Source: an uncultured delta proteobacterium (lineage in GTDB: Bacteria > Desulfobacterota > WTBG01 > CAIYCZ01). From it: a DNA stretch of 41,346 bases. The translations under genes were made by a program, and so were the position numbers. This document shows, one piece after another, positions 30,333 to 39,903 of this stretch; within the stretch, counting starts at the first letter, position 1; the number at the start of each line of letters is the position of its first letter. The stretch lies in assembly GCA_963803975.1 (NCBI GenBank), contig CAWDOY010000050.1, positions 1-41,346 of the forward strand, in the 5' to 3' direction. The notes below the pieces were generated by a model. It was not told where the DNA came from. It made no database searches and saw only the letters and a list, made by a program, of their open reading frames with translations.

Positions 30333-32287
30333 ATGAAACTGTTGGAACCGGGCCGTATCGGAACACTGGAGATTAAAAACCGTATCATTATGGCGCCCAT
30401 GGGCATCCGCGGGGTGTGTGATGCCGGATCAGAAGAGTACTGGGGTGAGCGCGTACGTGCATACTATGGGGCCCGCGCTGCCGGCGGTGTCGGCATGATT
30501 ACGACCGAGATGGTATTCGTTACCCAGGCTCTGGAGCCCTGCGCAAAAGAACTTCTCAGCATGGCTAATGACAAGCACGTTGCAGCAATGCGCAAGCTTG
30601 CAGAAACGCTTCACTGCCTATGACTGCCGGCTGAGCATTCAGCTGACTGCCGGTTTCGGCCGCGTAGTACCTGCCTTCATCGTGCCCGATGGGGTGAAGC
30701 CGGTCTCAGCCTCGGAAAACACGAACTTTTATGTTCCTGATTATCCTGAATTGAACAGCCGGGCGATAACCACTGAAGAAGCAGAGGCGCTGACCCGGTC
30801 GTTCGGCTTTGCAGCGCTGCGCTGCCGCGAGGCAGGAGCCGACTGTGTTGAGCTGCACGGCCACGAGGGCTATTTTATGGACCAGTTCATGACCGGCCTC
30901 TGGAACCGGCGTGATGACCGCTACGGCGGCTCTCCGGGAGAAGCGGCTCACCTTTGCACGGGAAGCGATTGAAGCAATCAAGCGCGATGCAGGCGCTGAT
31001 TTCCCGATTATTTATCGCTTTGGCATCAAGCACCATCTTGCAGGCGGTAGAGTTGAGGAAGAGGGGCTGTGGATCGCCGGAGAGCTGGAGAAAATGGGCG
31101 TTGCCGCGCTGCACGTTGACGCCGGCTGCTACGAGACCGGCTGGTGGCCGCATCCGCCGCAGTACCAGCCGCCGGGCTGCATGGTGGAGCTGGCCGCGAA
31201 AGTTAAAAAGGTCAGCAGCCTGCCGGTTATTACCGTAGGCCGTCTGCAGTACCCGGATGTGGCGGAAAAGGTTCTGGCTGAGGGAAAGGCCGACTTTATC
31301 GCCATCGGCAGAGGGCTTCTATCGGAGCCGGAATGGGTCAATAAAGTGCAAAGCAACAGGACCGCTGAGATCAGGCCGTGTATCGGCTGCCATGAGGGCT
31401 GCCTGTGGCAGATGATCGCCGGAGAGCCGACCAGCTGCTCGCTGAATCCTGTCTGCGGGCACGAAACCGATCGGGTGCTGGTTCCGCTGAAACAGAAAAA
31501 ATCTCTCCTGGTGGTCGGGGGCGGGCCGGCCGGCATTGAAGCAGCACGGGTGGGCGTGCAGCGGGGCTTTGCTGTTACCCTGTGGGAAGCCTCTGACCGG
31601 CTGGGAGGAAATCTCTGGCCTGCTTCAAAGCCTGATTTCAAGCGGGATATAGCAGACTATATAACATTCCTCACGGGACTTGCCGGGCGGCTGCCAATTG
31701 ATGTTGTGCTTAACAAACGGGCCAATGCCGGGGATATTCAAAGCTTCGCTGCCGATTATGTCATCCTGGCTGCCGGTGCGGATATGGAGCCGTCCCCGCT
31801 TGACGGTAACAATGTGCTGACAACGATTCAGCTGCTGAATGGGATGGAGCCCCGGGGAGAAAGAATCCTTATCATGGGCGCAGGGGTTATTGGGTGCGAA
31901 ACCGCGCTGTATCTGGCAAGCCAGGGCAAAAAGGTTACGCTGTGCGCGCGACAGGATTCCGCTGAACTGGACACGGATATTATCGACATCCATAACCGCG
32001 AAATGCTTTTGAAGATGATACGGGAAGAAAAAAATATCACGGTGCTGCGCGGCACGATTCCTTTACGGCTGGACGGTGACGGCGTTGTGGCTGATCAACA
32101 GGGAGCTGAGAAGAAGATTCCCATGGACAGCCTGGTTTTTTCAGGTCGTCTGTTTCCGCACAACGAACTCAGCAAGTTGTTTGTCAACAAACCAAATGTT
32201 ATCAGCATTGGTGACTGCAAAGCACCCGGCACGATCATGGATGCCGTGTGGGGGGGATTTAATACCGTCAGAGAAATTGAAACATAG
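30333..32287 (+). CDS. NADH:flavin oxidoreductase (OYE/enoate reductase/BaiCD-like: FMN TIM barrel, 4Fe-4S, FAD domain); two frameshifts
   Basis: KNRIIMAPM, ELHGHEGY, RDDRYGGS, CIGCHEGC...CSLNP, GGGPAG and GAGVIGCE motifs. Confidence 0.92.
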
Positions 32288-32324
32288 CGCTGCCCCGGTA
32301 TTAATCGTCTTCCTTTAACAATGC

Positions 32325-32775
32325 AACGTTTAACTGGCAGGCGGATGTGTTCGAGCTGAAACGGATGTTTTCCTCCATCGGGGTAAAAATAAACGCAATG
32401 ATGTCCGCCGGAGCAACAGTCGCAGCAACTGAAGAAAACCCCGCAGGCAGCCGCTCAACCGGTGCACCTACCCGTACGACAGAGGGAAAAGGGCTGCGAA
32501 AGTAAATACATAAAAATAATGCAAAAACGATTTGACATCCTTGATGTGGATGATATTATCCCCATCGGGTTCAAAAATTCTTCTGCCTGGCTGGCAAAAA
32601 TCGCGCACTCTCTGCAGCGCGATGTCTCGACAGCCATAAAAAATGAAATGACCAATGCCGGGGAATTTGCGCGCTCAATACATGGTATTCCCGGCAGCCT
32701 TTGAAATGTCCGCAGCGCCATAAAAAAATAACCAGATAAGGTATAGAGGGATTTAGAAAAGAACTTGGCATGTAA
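32325..32775 (+). pseudogene. Decayed, internally deleted second copy of the BchB-like gene
   Basis: 32325-32719 aligns to ~25544-25921 (FNWQADVFELKRM, DDIIPIGF, KNEMTNA, AFEMSAA). It is joined directly to a match of ~26722-26780 (FRKELGM stop GGGG). Confidence 0.85.
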
Positions 32776-32885
32776 GGGGGTGATGCACTGACATCTACTG
32801 TTAAATGTAGTCCACCTGAATGCGCAGAGAAGGGACCGTATCTAAAGGGGAACATAAAAACAACCATATATCCCGGGAGGGGACA

Positions 32886-34460
32886 ATGAAAAAAAGATTT
32901 CCCTTACTCACATTTACTTGCAGCGCTTGCAGCGCTTCATGTATTGTTTGGGGAGCGCTCCGCAGGCTCTGGCAAAAATAGATCTGATGAATGGCGATCT
33001 GCGGCTTGACGGGTTCGTAAAGAAATACACCTATATCCGCACCCATATTCCAAGGGCTGAGGGGCAGTTTCACAACACCCCCATCGATGAAATTCTTACC
33101 TCCGCACTGGTGAACGTGCTCTACAGGGTCAAGGAAGACCAGTGCCAGACCTTCAACCTCTTTGGCGCCTTTAAATATTACTATGATCTGGCGCCGACCA
33201 CGGACTTTCAGCAGAGAAGCGCGGTCCCGTCCAGCCAGAGAAGCTGGTATCAGAAGCCCAAGGATGAGGACATCATTGCCGAGGCGTATGCAGATTACAT
33301 CCGCGGGCCGTTCAATATCAAGGTCAGGCAAGCAGATCGTGGTCTGGGGTGAAACCGATATCAAGCGCACGGTTGATGTTGTCAACCCTCTTGACCTCCG
33401 CTATGGCACTCCCGGGGTTTTTTCCTGGTCTGAAATGAAACTCGGCATGTGGATGTTCAGGGGGTTCTACCAGTCACAGCTTCCCGGCAACCTGCTGTTT
33501 GAATTTATTTATAACCCGGGATACTTTCAGGGCATCAGGCTCCCGGTGGAAGGCACCCAGTGGGGCCCGAGCCCGGCAGCAACATCCTTTAATCCCGGGC
33601 AAGGGCCGGCATCTACAACTGGACGGTTACCGAGGCGTGGCAGAGATACCAGCCAAAAAAATGGCATATGAGCAACTGGATGCTGGGATTTCGCCTGCGC
33701 GGTTTCAGCTATAATGTCGACTGGACGCTGCTCTATATTAATCAGCTGTATCCGGGACCGGTAGCCGTACCGGGAGCAATCAGTGATTATGCAGTAAAAT
33801 ATGTCACCGCCGGATTCCGCTCCACTGGATCACCGGCGAACCAATCAAGCCTGAGCTACTGATGGCCCCCGGCCCTATGACTGGAAGCGCTATCAGCTTT
33901 TTGGCGGAACCGCGCAGACCATTATAGACAAGCTTCACGGCTCGGTGTGGAGGCTTGAGTATTTTTACGAGCACAATGCCCCCTACAATATGTCAACCGA
34001 CGGGACAACCCAGGGCACTATCTATGATCAGGTAAAACGGGATACCTTCGGGATGGGGCTAAACTACTCCGATAAGTTCAACATACCCTATATCACCAGG
34101 AACTGGTTCAGCAACCAGTATTTCCAGGTAAGCCTGACCGGATTCTATGAAAAGATTTTTAACTACAGCGACGACCTCATCGTAGAGGGGTCCCGGGGCC
34201 ATAGATACGGCGCGAGTCATAGCACGACGCTTTCATGGAACCTTATGCAGCAGTGGGACAACCTTATCTGGACCTTTGTCTTCACCGGCAGCTGGGATCC
34301 GGAAATCAAAAAGGGGTTTATAGCCCCCATGATTGCCTATGGGCCGGGAAATCACTGGCGCTTTGAAGGCGGCCCGGTTTTTTATTGCTCCTCATACAAG
34401 TTCAATCGGGGCTACTATGACAAGGACAGCATTCTGATAAGAATCAGGTATGAATTTTAA
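32886..34460 (+). CDS. DUF1302-like outer-membrane beta-barrel protein; several frameshifts
   Basis: Signal peptide; EAYADY, GKQIVVWGETD...DVVNPLD; C-terminal IRIRYEF; lies upstream of a DUF1329-like gene. Confidence 0.72.
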
Positions 34461-34535
34461 GCTATTGTGTGAGGGGGAGAGCTATAAACAAACGCAGTTC
34501 CAGCACCGTAACACTGAACGAACAACGGGGGTTCT

Positions 34536-35850
34536 ATGAGACTACAGGAAATTAAAAAAATCAGTGCAACAGTTAGTATGCTATGTCTTTTGATTGCAGG
34601 AACAACGGTTGTTGTGCCGCGCCTGCTTTGTGCAGAAGAAGTGGTTGGCTTTGCCTCCTGCTACACTGACCAGGAACTGGCAAAAGTCCGGGAGTGGGAA
34701 AAGACCTGGGTCGGCAAGAAGATTGACAACACCAATGTTGACCAGGTGGCAGAATTCCTGCCGGCGTCGTATGTCAATGACGTTTATAAAAACTATCAGC
34801 AGTGGAATGAAAAGCAGAGCTACTACTTCTTTATTGCCCCGTACCAGCGCTACATAGACACACCGGGGATGCAGGAGGCAACTAAGAAATATTCTTCATC
34901 AGTGAAAACCGACGCTGAAGGGGTGATTGTCAATTATGCCGAGGGTGGCGGCAGGCCGTTTCCCCTACCGAAAACCGGCCTGGAAATGATGTACAATTTT
35001 GACTTTAATAACCGTGGGGATGCCAGAAGCTACACGAGGATAGGCCCGGTTGTGGAAACAAAAGCCAGGCGCGAGCGGGTTTCAGAGCAGTTTCAGGCTG
35101 AACTGTTCTTTATTCACCGTACTGATGTGGACCCGAAGCCGGCGTTCCCGAATAACCCCAAGGGAATCGCCAAAGCAACGTTCCTGAATCTGTTCAGCCC
35201 GCCGGAAATGCTTGGCACCAGGATGTATAACCTGCGCTTTCAGGATATAAAGAAAAGCGATGACGGGTACCTGTGGTACAGCCAGTTCCGCAGAATCAGA
35301 AGGATCCAGACTTCCCAGCGCACGGACAATATCGCCGGAACAGACCTGATCTACGATGACGAAAACAGCTATGACAGCCACATTGCATTGTGCAACTGGA
35401 AGTTCATAGGCAAAAAAGATATGCTCTGCGCCCGGCACATGCCGATTCCTTCAAAAGACTGGCAAAGGGTTGAAGGCCAGCCTATTCCCAACGGCGTTCA
35501 CCGGGAGCGGTGCAATCTCCTGGTGGTCGAGGGCGTCCACAAAGAACCCAGCTATGTGTACAAGCGGAAGGTCATGTATCTTGATCCTGAGTCGTTTGTT
35601 TGTTACTGGGTCGAAATGTATGATAATTACCGGAAAATACTGGAAGTGCTTTGAAGACTGGACCAATGTGTACAAGGAAGAAGCGACCGGCTGGGGAAAA
35701 ATGCATGACAGCGGAGGAATCTTTATAGATTTCCAGAGAACTCACGGCGGAGCAGATACGCGGAAAAACGTGCGCGTTGGTATAAAAGAATTAGACCAGT
35801 CCATGTTTACTATCAATTACCTGCAGAAGGGATCATACGGCAGCCATTAA
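34536..35850 (+). CDS. DUF1329-like (LolA-fold) periplasmic protein; frameshift near 35630
   Basis: GRPFPLPKTGLEMMYNF, WYSQFRRIRR, GTDLIYDD and YKRKVMYLDPE motifs. Confidence 0.8.
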
Positions 35851-35861
35851 TCCCGCTCTCA

Positions 35862-35976
35862 GCATACCCCGTTTCATAAGGCGGGGTATGCCTGGCGTAA
35901 TTTTTATACAGTGAGATACCGTACATTCGCCAGAATGTTTCGCCCCAACAGGTGAGGCATTCTGGCGGATTTTTTA
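35862..35976 (+). terminator. Two consecutive hairpins after the DUF1329-like gene; the second has a T-tract
   Basis: GCATACCCCG...CGGGGTATGC and CGCCAGAATG...CATTCTGGCG-GATTTTTT. Confidence 0.65.
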
Positions 35977-36122
35977 TGATCTGCAAAAGCAAGAAGGCCC
36001 TAAGTTCTTCCTTTAGAGACCTTCTTATGGGCTATGCTCTGGGATAATAAATCATCTCAGATACAGAAATACATGCTGTTCTGCTTGCGCGATTACCATG
36101 ACGGAGGTAGATGGGTGAGAAT

Positions 36123-36927
36123 ATGGATAAAAATTTAAAACGCTTTGTCAGAAAAAAAAGTCCTCATTACCGGTGCCGCAACAGGGATAGGAAGAGCCAC
36201 GGCCTGCCGCTTTGCCGGCGAAGGCGCTGACGTGGTGGTGTGTGACATCAAGGAAAAAGAATTACATGAGACCGCCGCAATGGTTAGAGACCTGGGACAA
36301 AAGAGCCTGGCACTGGTCTGTGATATCAGCAAACTGGAAGAGGTACAGGCAATGCTGGATGCGGCTTTGAGCGAGTTCGGGCAGTTTCACATTTTGTTCA
36401 ACAATGCCGGCATCGGGGACACCAATGCCTACTATGAAGACATTGACTCCGCGCTCTGGGACCGGATTTATGCCATCAATGTGAAGGGGCCTTTCTTCAT
36501 CTGCCAGCGCCTTGCAAAAGTGATGATAGATAACAATATTAAAGGAAGAATTATTAATACCGCGTCCACCGAGGGTAAAACCAACCGGGCCGGAAGCATT
36601 GTCTATGCTTCGTCAAAAAGCGCTCTTATCGGCCTTACCCAGGCACTGGCAATTCAGTTCGCCCCGTTTGAGATAACGGTCAATGCGGTCTGCCCGGGTC
36701 TCATCGATACCCCCATTTGGCACCGGGGAGATAAGGTGATGGAAATGCCTGAGGGAAGTGTCATTAAGATGGTCACCGAGTCTTCCATAGACTCGCGAAT
36801 ATTAAAAATTCCCCGGGTAGGCGTGCCCGATGATATCGCGAATGCCGTTGTATTCCTTGCCTCAGATGACGCCAGCTACATGACCGGCCAGGCCATCAAT
36901 GTGTGCGGCGGAATCGAGTTTCATTGA
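36123..36927 (+). CDS. Short-chain dehydrogenase/reductase; probable extra A in the poly-A run near 36155
   Basis: TGAATGIG, NNAGI, YASSK, NAVCPG and YMTGQAINVCGG motifs. Confidence 0.92.
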
Positions 36928-36947
36928 CCGTGATAAAGATAAAACAG

Positions 36948-37019
36948 GTTGAGGAGTTGAAGAGTTGTGGAGTTTATGAGTTGCAACTCTCAACTCCTGA
37001 ACTCCCTAACTCATAGCTC
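36948..37019. repeat. 8-bp tandem repeats followed by their inverted complement (long hairpin)
   Basis: gttgagga gttgaaga gttgtgga gtttatga gttgc | aactctc aactcctg aactccct aactcata. Confidence 0.7.
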
Positions 37020-37038
37020 TCAGTTGAGGAGATTGCGA

Positions 37039-37527
37039 ATGAAATTTAAAACCAATGTAAAGACGTTAGACAGGGCGGAGATAGACGAATTCTTGAAATC
37101 GCATCGGGTGGGTGTTCTTGCCATGACTGACGGGAAAACCCCGTATGCCATTCCCCTGGCCTACTCCTATGATGGAAAAGATATTTATCTCACGATGGCA
37201 AATAAGGGGAGAAAAGGGACGTATTTAAAAAGCGGCATGCCGGTATGTTTTATCATTTACTGGATCCCCGAGGGGTTCGGCGCGCCGGGCAAAATGGCCT
37301 ACACCTCCATTATCTGTGATGGCGTGCTTAATCATATCACTGATCCCGCGGAGCTCACCGGAGCGGTCCGCACGTTAGAGCGGCAGATGGGCTATCCTGC
37401 AGGAGCTATGGATAAGCTGCTTGAGATGACGCTTAAAAAACCGGAAGCGTCGAATTTCTGGAAGATCAGCGTGACCGGCGTTGGCGGAAAAGGCGTAGAA
37501 GATTTCAAGGAAGAGTTCGAAGAATAG
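37039..37527 (+). CDS. Pyridoxamine-5'-phosphate-oxidase-like split-barrel flavoprotein (NimA-like)
   Basis: EIDEFLKSHRVGVLAM...PYAIPLAY...GRK...VCF...YTSIICDG; GAGGAG RBS. Confidence 0.85.
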   Translation: MKFKTNVKTLDRAEIDEFLKSHRVGVLAMTDGKTPYAIPLAYSYDGKDIYLTMANKGRKGTYLKSGMPVCFIIYWIPEGFGAPGKMAYTSIICDGVLNHITDPAELTGAVRTLERQMGYPAGAMDKLLEMTLKKPEASNFWKISVTGVGGKGVEDFKEEFEE

Positions 37528-37554
37528 AAGATGTAAAGCTCCCTGCCCGCCCTG

Positions 37555-37655
37555 CCCGCCGTAGCTTTTATGCTCAGGAGCAGCGAAGGCGGGCCGCCGC
37601 GAGCTTTTTATAGTTCCTGCCGTAGCCTTATGCGCAGGAGGATAGCAAAGGCGGG
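37555..37655. repeat. Two REP-like palindromes between convergent genes
   Basis: CCCGCCGTAGC...GCGAAGGCGGG and CCTGCCGTAGC...GCAAAGGCGGG. Confidence 0.7.
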
Positions 37656-37705
37656 CCGGCTGCTGCCGGACGAGGTCTGGAGCCAGTATCCTCATGAAAG
37701 CCTGC

Positions 37706-38245
37706 TCATGCAGGCTTTTCTTTTTCCACAAATGCTTCCAGGCTCTCCGGCGTCCCGTTGGAGCGATACACCACTTTCCCGCTGCGGTCTATGAGAACGC
37801 TGAAGGGAACGCCGATAACCCCGTACTGCCGTGAAACCGTGGCATTGTTGTCATAGAGTATCGGGTAGGGGAGTTCATACTTCTTCTGAAAACTCTGCAC
37901 CCGCAAGAGCGGATCATTATAGCCGATATTTATTGCCAGAATCTTGAGCCCCTTGGGGGCCAGCTTTGCATACAGCTCTTTCAGCCGGGGAATCTCTTTA
38001 ACGCAGTAGGGACACCAGGTAGCCCAGAAGACCAGGTACACGGGGTTCTTACCGCGGAAAGAGGAGAGCTTAAACTCCTCGCCCTCTAAACTTTTCAGGG
38101 TAAAATCTGTTGCCAGCTGAGTCTCTGCGCCGGATACCGGGGCCTGCTCCTCCTGCACCTGATTGCTTTCACATCCCAGCATAATAAACAGCAGCAGTAC
38201 CACTATGAACATTGATTGTTTATGACTGTTCATTGCATTCTCCAT
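37706..38245 (-). CDS. TlpA/ResA-family thiol-disulfide oxidoreductase lipoprotein
   Basis: Lipobox MLGC; FWATWCPYC and GVP motifs. Confidence 0.92.
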   Translation of the reverse strand: MENAMNSHKQSMFIVVLLLFIMLGCESNQVQEEQAPVSGAETQLATDFTLKSLEGEEFKLSSFRGKNPVYLVFWATWCPYCVKEIPRLKELYAKLAPKGLKILAINIGYNDPLLRVQSFQKKYELPYPILYDNNATVSRQYGVIGVPFSVLIDRSGKVVYRSNGTPESLEAFVEKEKPA

Positions 38246-38251
38246 AAATTA

Positions 38252-38959
38252 TTATATCATGAGCTGTCCAGCCTTGAAAATAAAAAGCTCTCCCACAATA
38301 ATCATTAAAAACCCGAACCCTTTTTTAAGCCGCTCTATCCAGAGCCCTGATTTGGGCAGCGCGGAGAGCATCCCGGTGAAGGTGCCAACCACGATCAGCA
38401 GCGTCCCCATGCCCAGCGCAAACATAAAAAGCATGGCACATCCCAGAACTACATTCTGCTTCGTTGCCACATAGGCAAGCAGCGTCCCCAGCACCGGGGT
38501 CGTGCACGGCCCGGCAACGAGTCCTGAACAGCCGCCGAAAATAAATGCCGCAAGCCCTCCGCCCGACTGTTTGATGTTTGGCTGCACCTTAGATAAGAAT
38601 CGCACCTGCAGCGTAAAAACATCCAGCATGGCAAGGCCGAACAAAAAGCAGAGGTTGCCGACAAACAGATAGGTCCAGGGGCTGGTGCTGATCTGGCCGA
38701 ACAGCTTTCCGCTTAAAGCGGCAAACACGCCCAGCGCTGCATACACCACGGCAAGCCCCAGCACATAGAGCAGCGACAGATAAAAACCTTTCTTTTTAGA
38801 GGCGCTTGCTTTAGCGCCGATAAATCCCACGGTAATGGGGATGAGGGGATAAACACAGGGTGTGAAGCTGGTGAGAATACCCGCTGCAAAAGAGATAAGC
38901 AGCGCAACAAAGGGGGAGCTGTAAAGATAGGTATCAAACCTGCTGATGAGCTGTTCCAT
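38252..38959 (-). CDS. ccdA: Cytochrome c biogenesis CcdA/DsbD transmembrane protein
   Basis: SFTPCVYPLIP and AGPCTTPVL; multiple TM segments. Confidence 0.9.
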   Translation of the reverse strand: MEQLISRFDTYLYSSPFVALLISFAAGILTSFTPCVYPLIPITVGFIGAKASASKKKGFYLSLLYVLGLAVVYAALGVFAALSGKLFGQISTSPWTYLFVGNLCFLFGLAMLDVFTLQVRFLSKVQPNIKQSGGGLAAFIFGGCSGLVAGPCTTPVLGTLLAYVATKQNVVLGCAMLFMFALGMGTLLIVVGTFTGMLSALPKSGLWIERLKKGFGFLMIIVGELFIFKAGQLMI

Positions 38960-39016
38960 GGTGTTTATCCTATCACAACTTTACGATAAATCAAAACACC
39001 TATTGGGCCGCCCGCG

Positions 39017-39176
39017 CTAACAGGTTATTGAAAAAGGTGTTTTTCCCAGGCTGGTCAAAAATGCACAGATGCAAGGCTCCCGAAATCCTCCAGAAGTGAG
39101 GCGTACTTCAGGGTACGCCGCAACGACGAAGGAAGAGGGAAACGCCGCAGATGGGCGTTTTTCAACAGCCTGCTAA
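39017..39176. mobile_element. MITE-like non-autonomous element with terminal inverted repeats
   Basis: Left end CTAACAGGTTATTGAAAA, inner CAGGCTGGTCAAAAA (39047), right end TTTTTCAACAGCCTGCTAA; internal hairpin GGCGTAC...GTACGCC; no ORF. Confidence 0.65.
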
Positions 39177-39181
39177 ACAAA

Positions 39182-39214
39182 AAAGGCAGAGACCATTATC
39201 CGGCATCTGCCTTT
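39182..39214 (-). terminator. Intrinsic terminator of the dksA-like gene
   Basis: AAAAGGCAGA...TCTGCCTTTT with T-tracts on both strands. Confidence 0.7.
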
Positions 39215-39248
39215 TATCTTTTATTATCAGGGGTTGTGCGTCTGGGTG

Positions 39249-39671
39249 TTATGCGTTTTCGTCAGTGTCCTCGACCTCGCCTATGGAAATATCCTTGTAA
39301 GTAAACTCCTCTTCCATCCCTTCTTTCATCTTTGCCGCATGTTTCTCAATATCTGACTGGCAAGCAACACAATTCTTGGCAAAGGGCATGATTTTCAGCC
39401 GTTCCTTGTGGATCTTTTTTCCGCATTCATCACAAATTCCATAGGTGCCTTCCTCGACGCGCACCAGGGCATCATCAATGTCATGCAGCTTCTCCCGTTC
39501 ACGTCCGCTCAGCAGATGAAAAAGCTGACGGCCCCGCTCAGTATCAGCATTGTCATAGAAATCACCGACCTCAGTGTCAAAATCAGTCCGTTCACTTCTG
39601 ACATCATGGTTAAGATCTTTTAACAGTTCTTCGCGCATTTTAAGAAGCTGCTTCTTCATGCTTTCTGGCAT
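39249..39671 (-). CDS. dksA: TraR/DksA C4-zinc-finger protein
   Basis: GDFYDNA, DDALVRVEEGTYGICDECGKKIHKERLKIMPFAKNCVAC; GGAG RBS before ATG 39671. Confidence 0.88.
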   Translation of the reverse strand: MPESMKKQLLKMREELLKDLNHDVRSERTDFDTEVGDFYDNADTERGRQLFHLLSGREREKLHDIDDALVRVEEGTYGICDECGKKIHKERLKIMPFAKNCVACQSDIEKHAAKMKEGMEEEFTYKDISIGEVEDTDENA

Positions 39672-39740
39672 ACTCGGTAACTCCTTATATCCGTATCGCA
39701 ACAACAGGTTTTATTCTTCTCTTTGGTCAAGCGAGGATGT

Positions 39741-39769
39741 ATCCTATATATCCTCTCCTTATTTGTCAA
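39741..39769 (-). promoter_or_regulatory. Sigma70-like promoter for the dksA-like gene
   Basis: TTGACA-N17-TAGGAT on the minus strand with an AT-rich upstream tract. Confidence 0.5.
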
Positions 39770-39828
39770 TAAAAAAATCTATATTAATTTTATCACAAAT
39801 CTTACGGATTTGCTCATTGCTATGGCAA

Positions 39829-39876
39829 TAAAAAAGGGATGGTTTCAGTTCTATCAGGAAAGCAGAAACCATCCCT
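39829..39876 (-). terminator. Intrinsic terminator of fbp
   Basis: AGGGATGGTTTC...GAAACCATCCCT hairpin followed by TTTTT on the minus strand. Confidence 0.7.
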
Positions 39877-39903
39877 CGTCATTAAATGCTATGGCAGGAA
39901 AGC

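Noticed and set aside
32455..32867. Small ORFs called in this interval as real genes
   Set aside because: They are explained as fragments or antisense of the decayed BchB-like copy.
35851..36122. Riboswitch in the SDR leader
   Set aside because: Several hairpins are present, but no consensus of a riboswitch class I can recognise. Treated as terminators.
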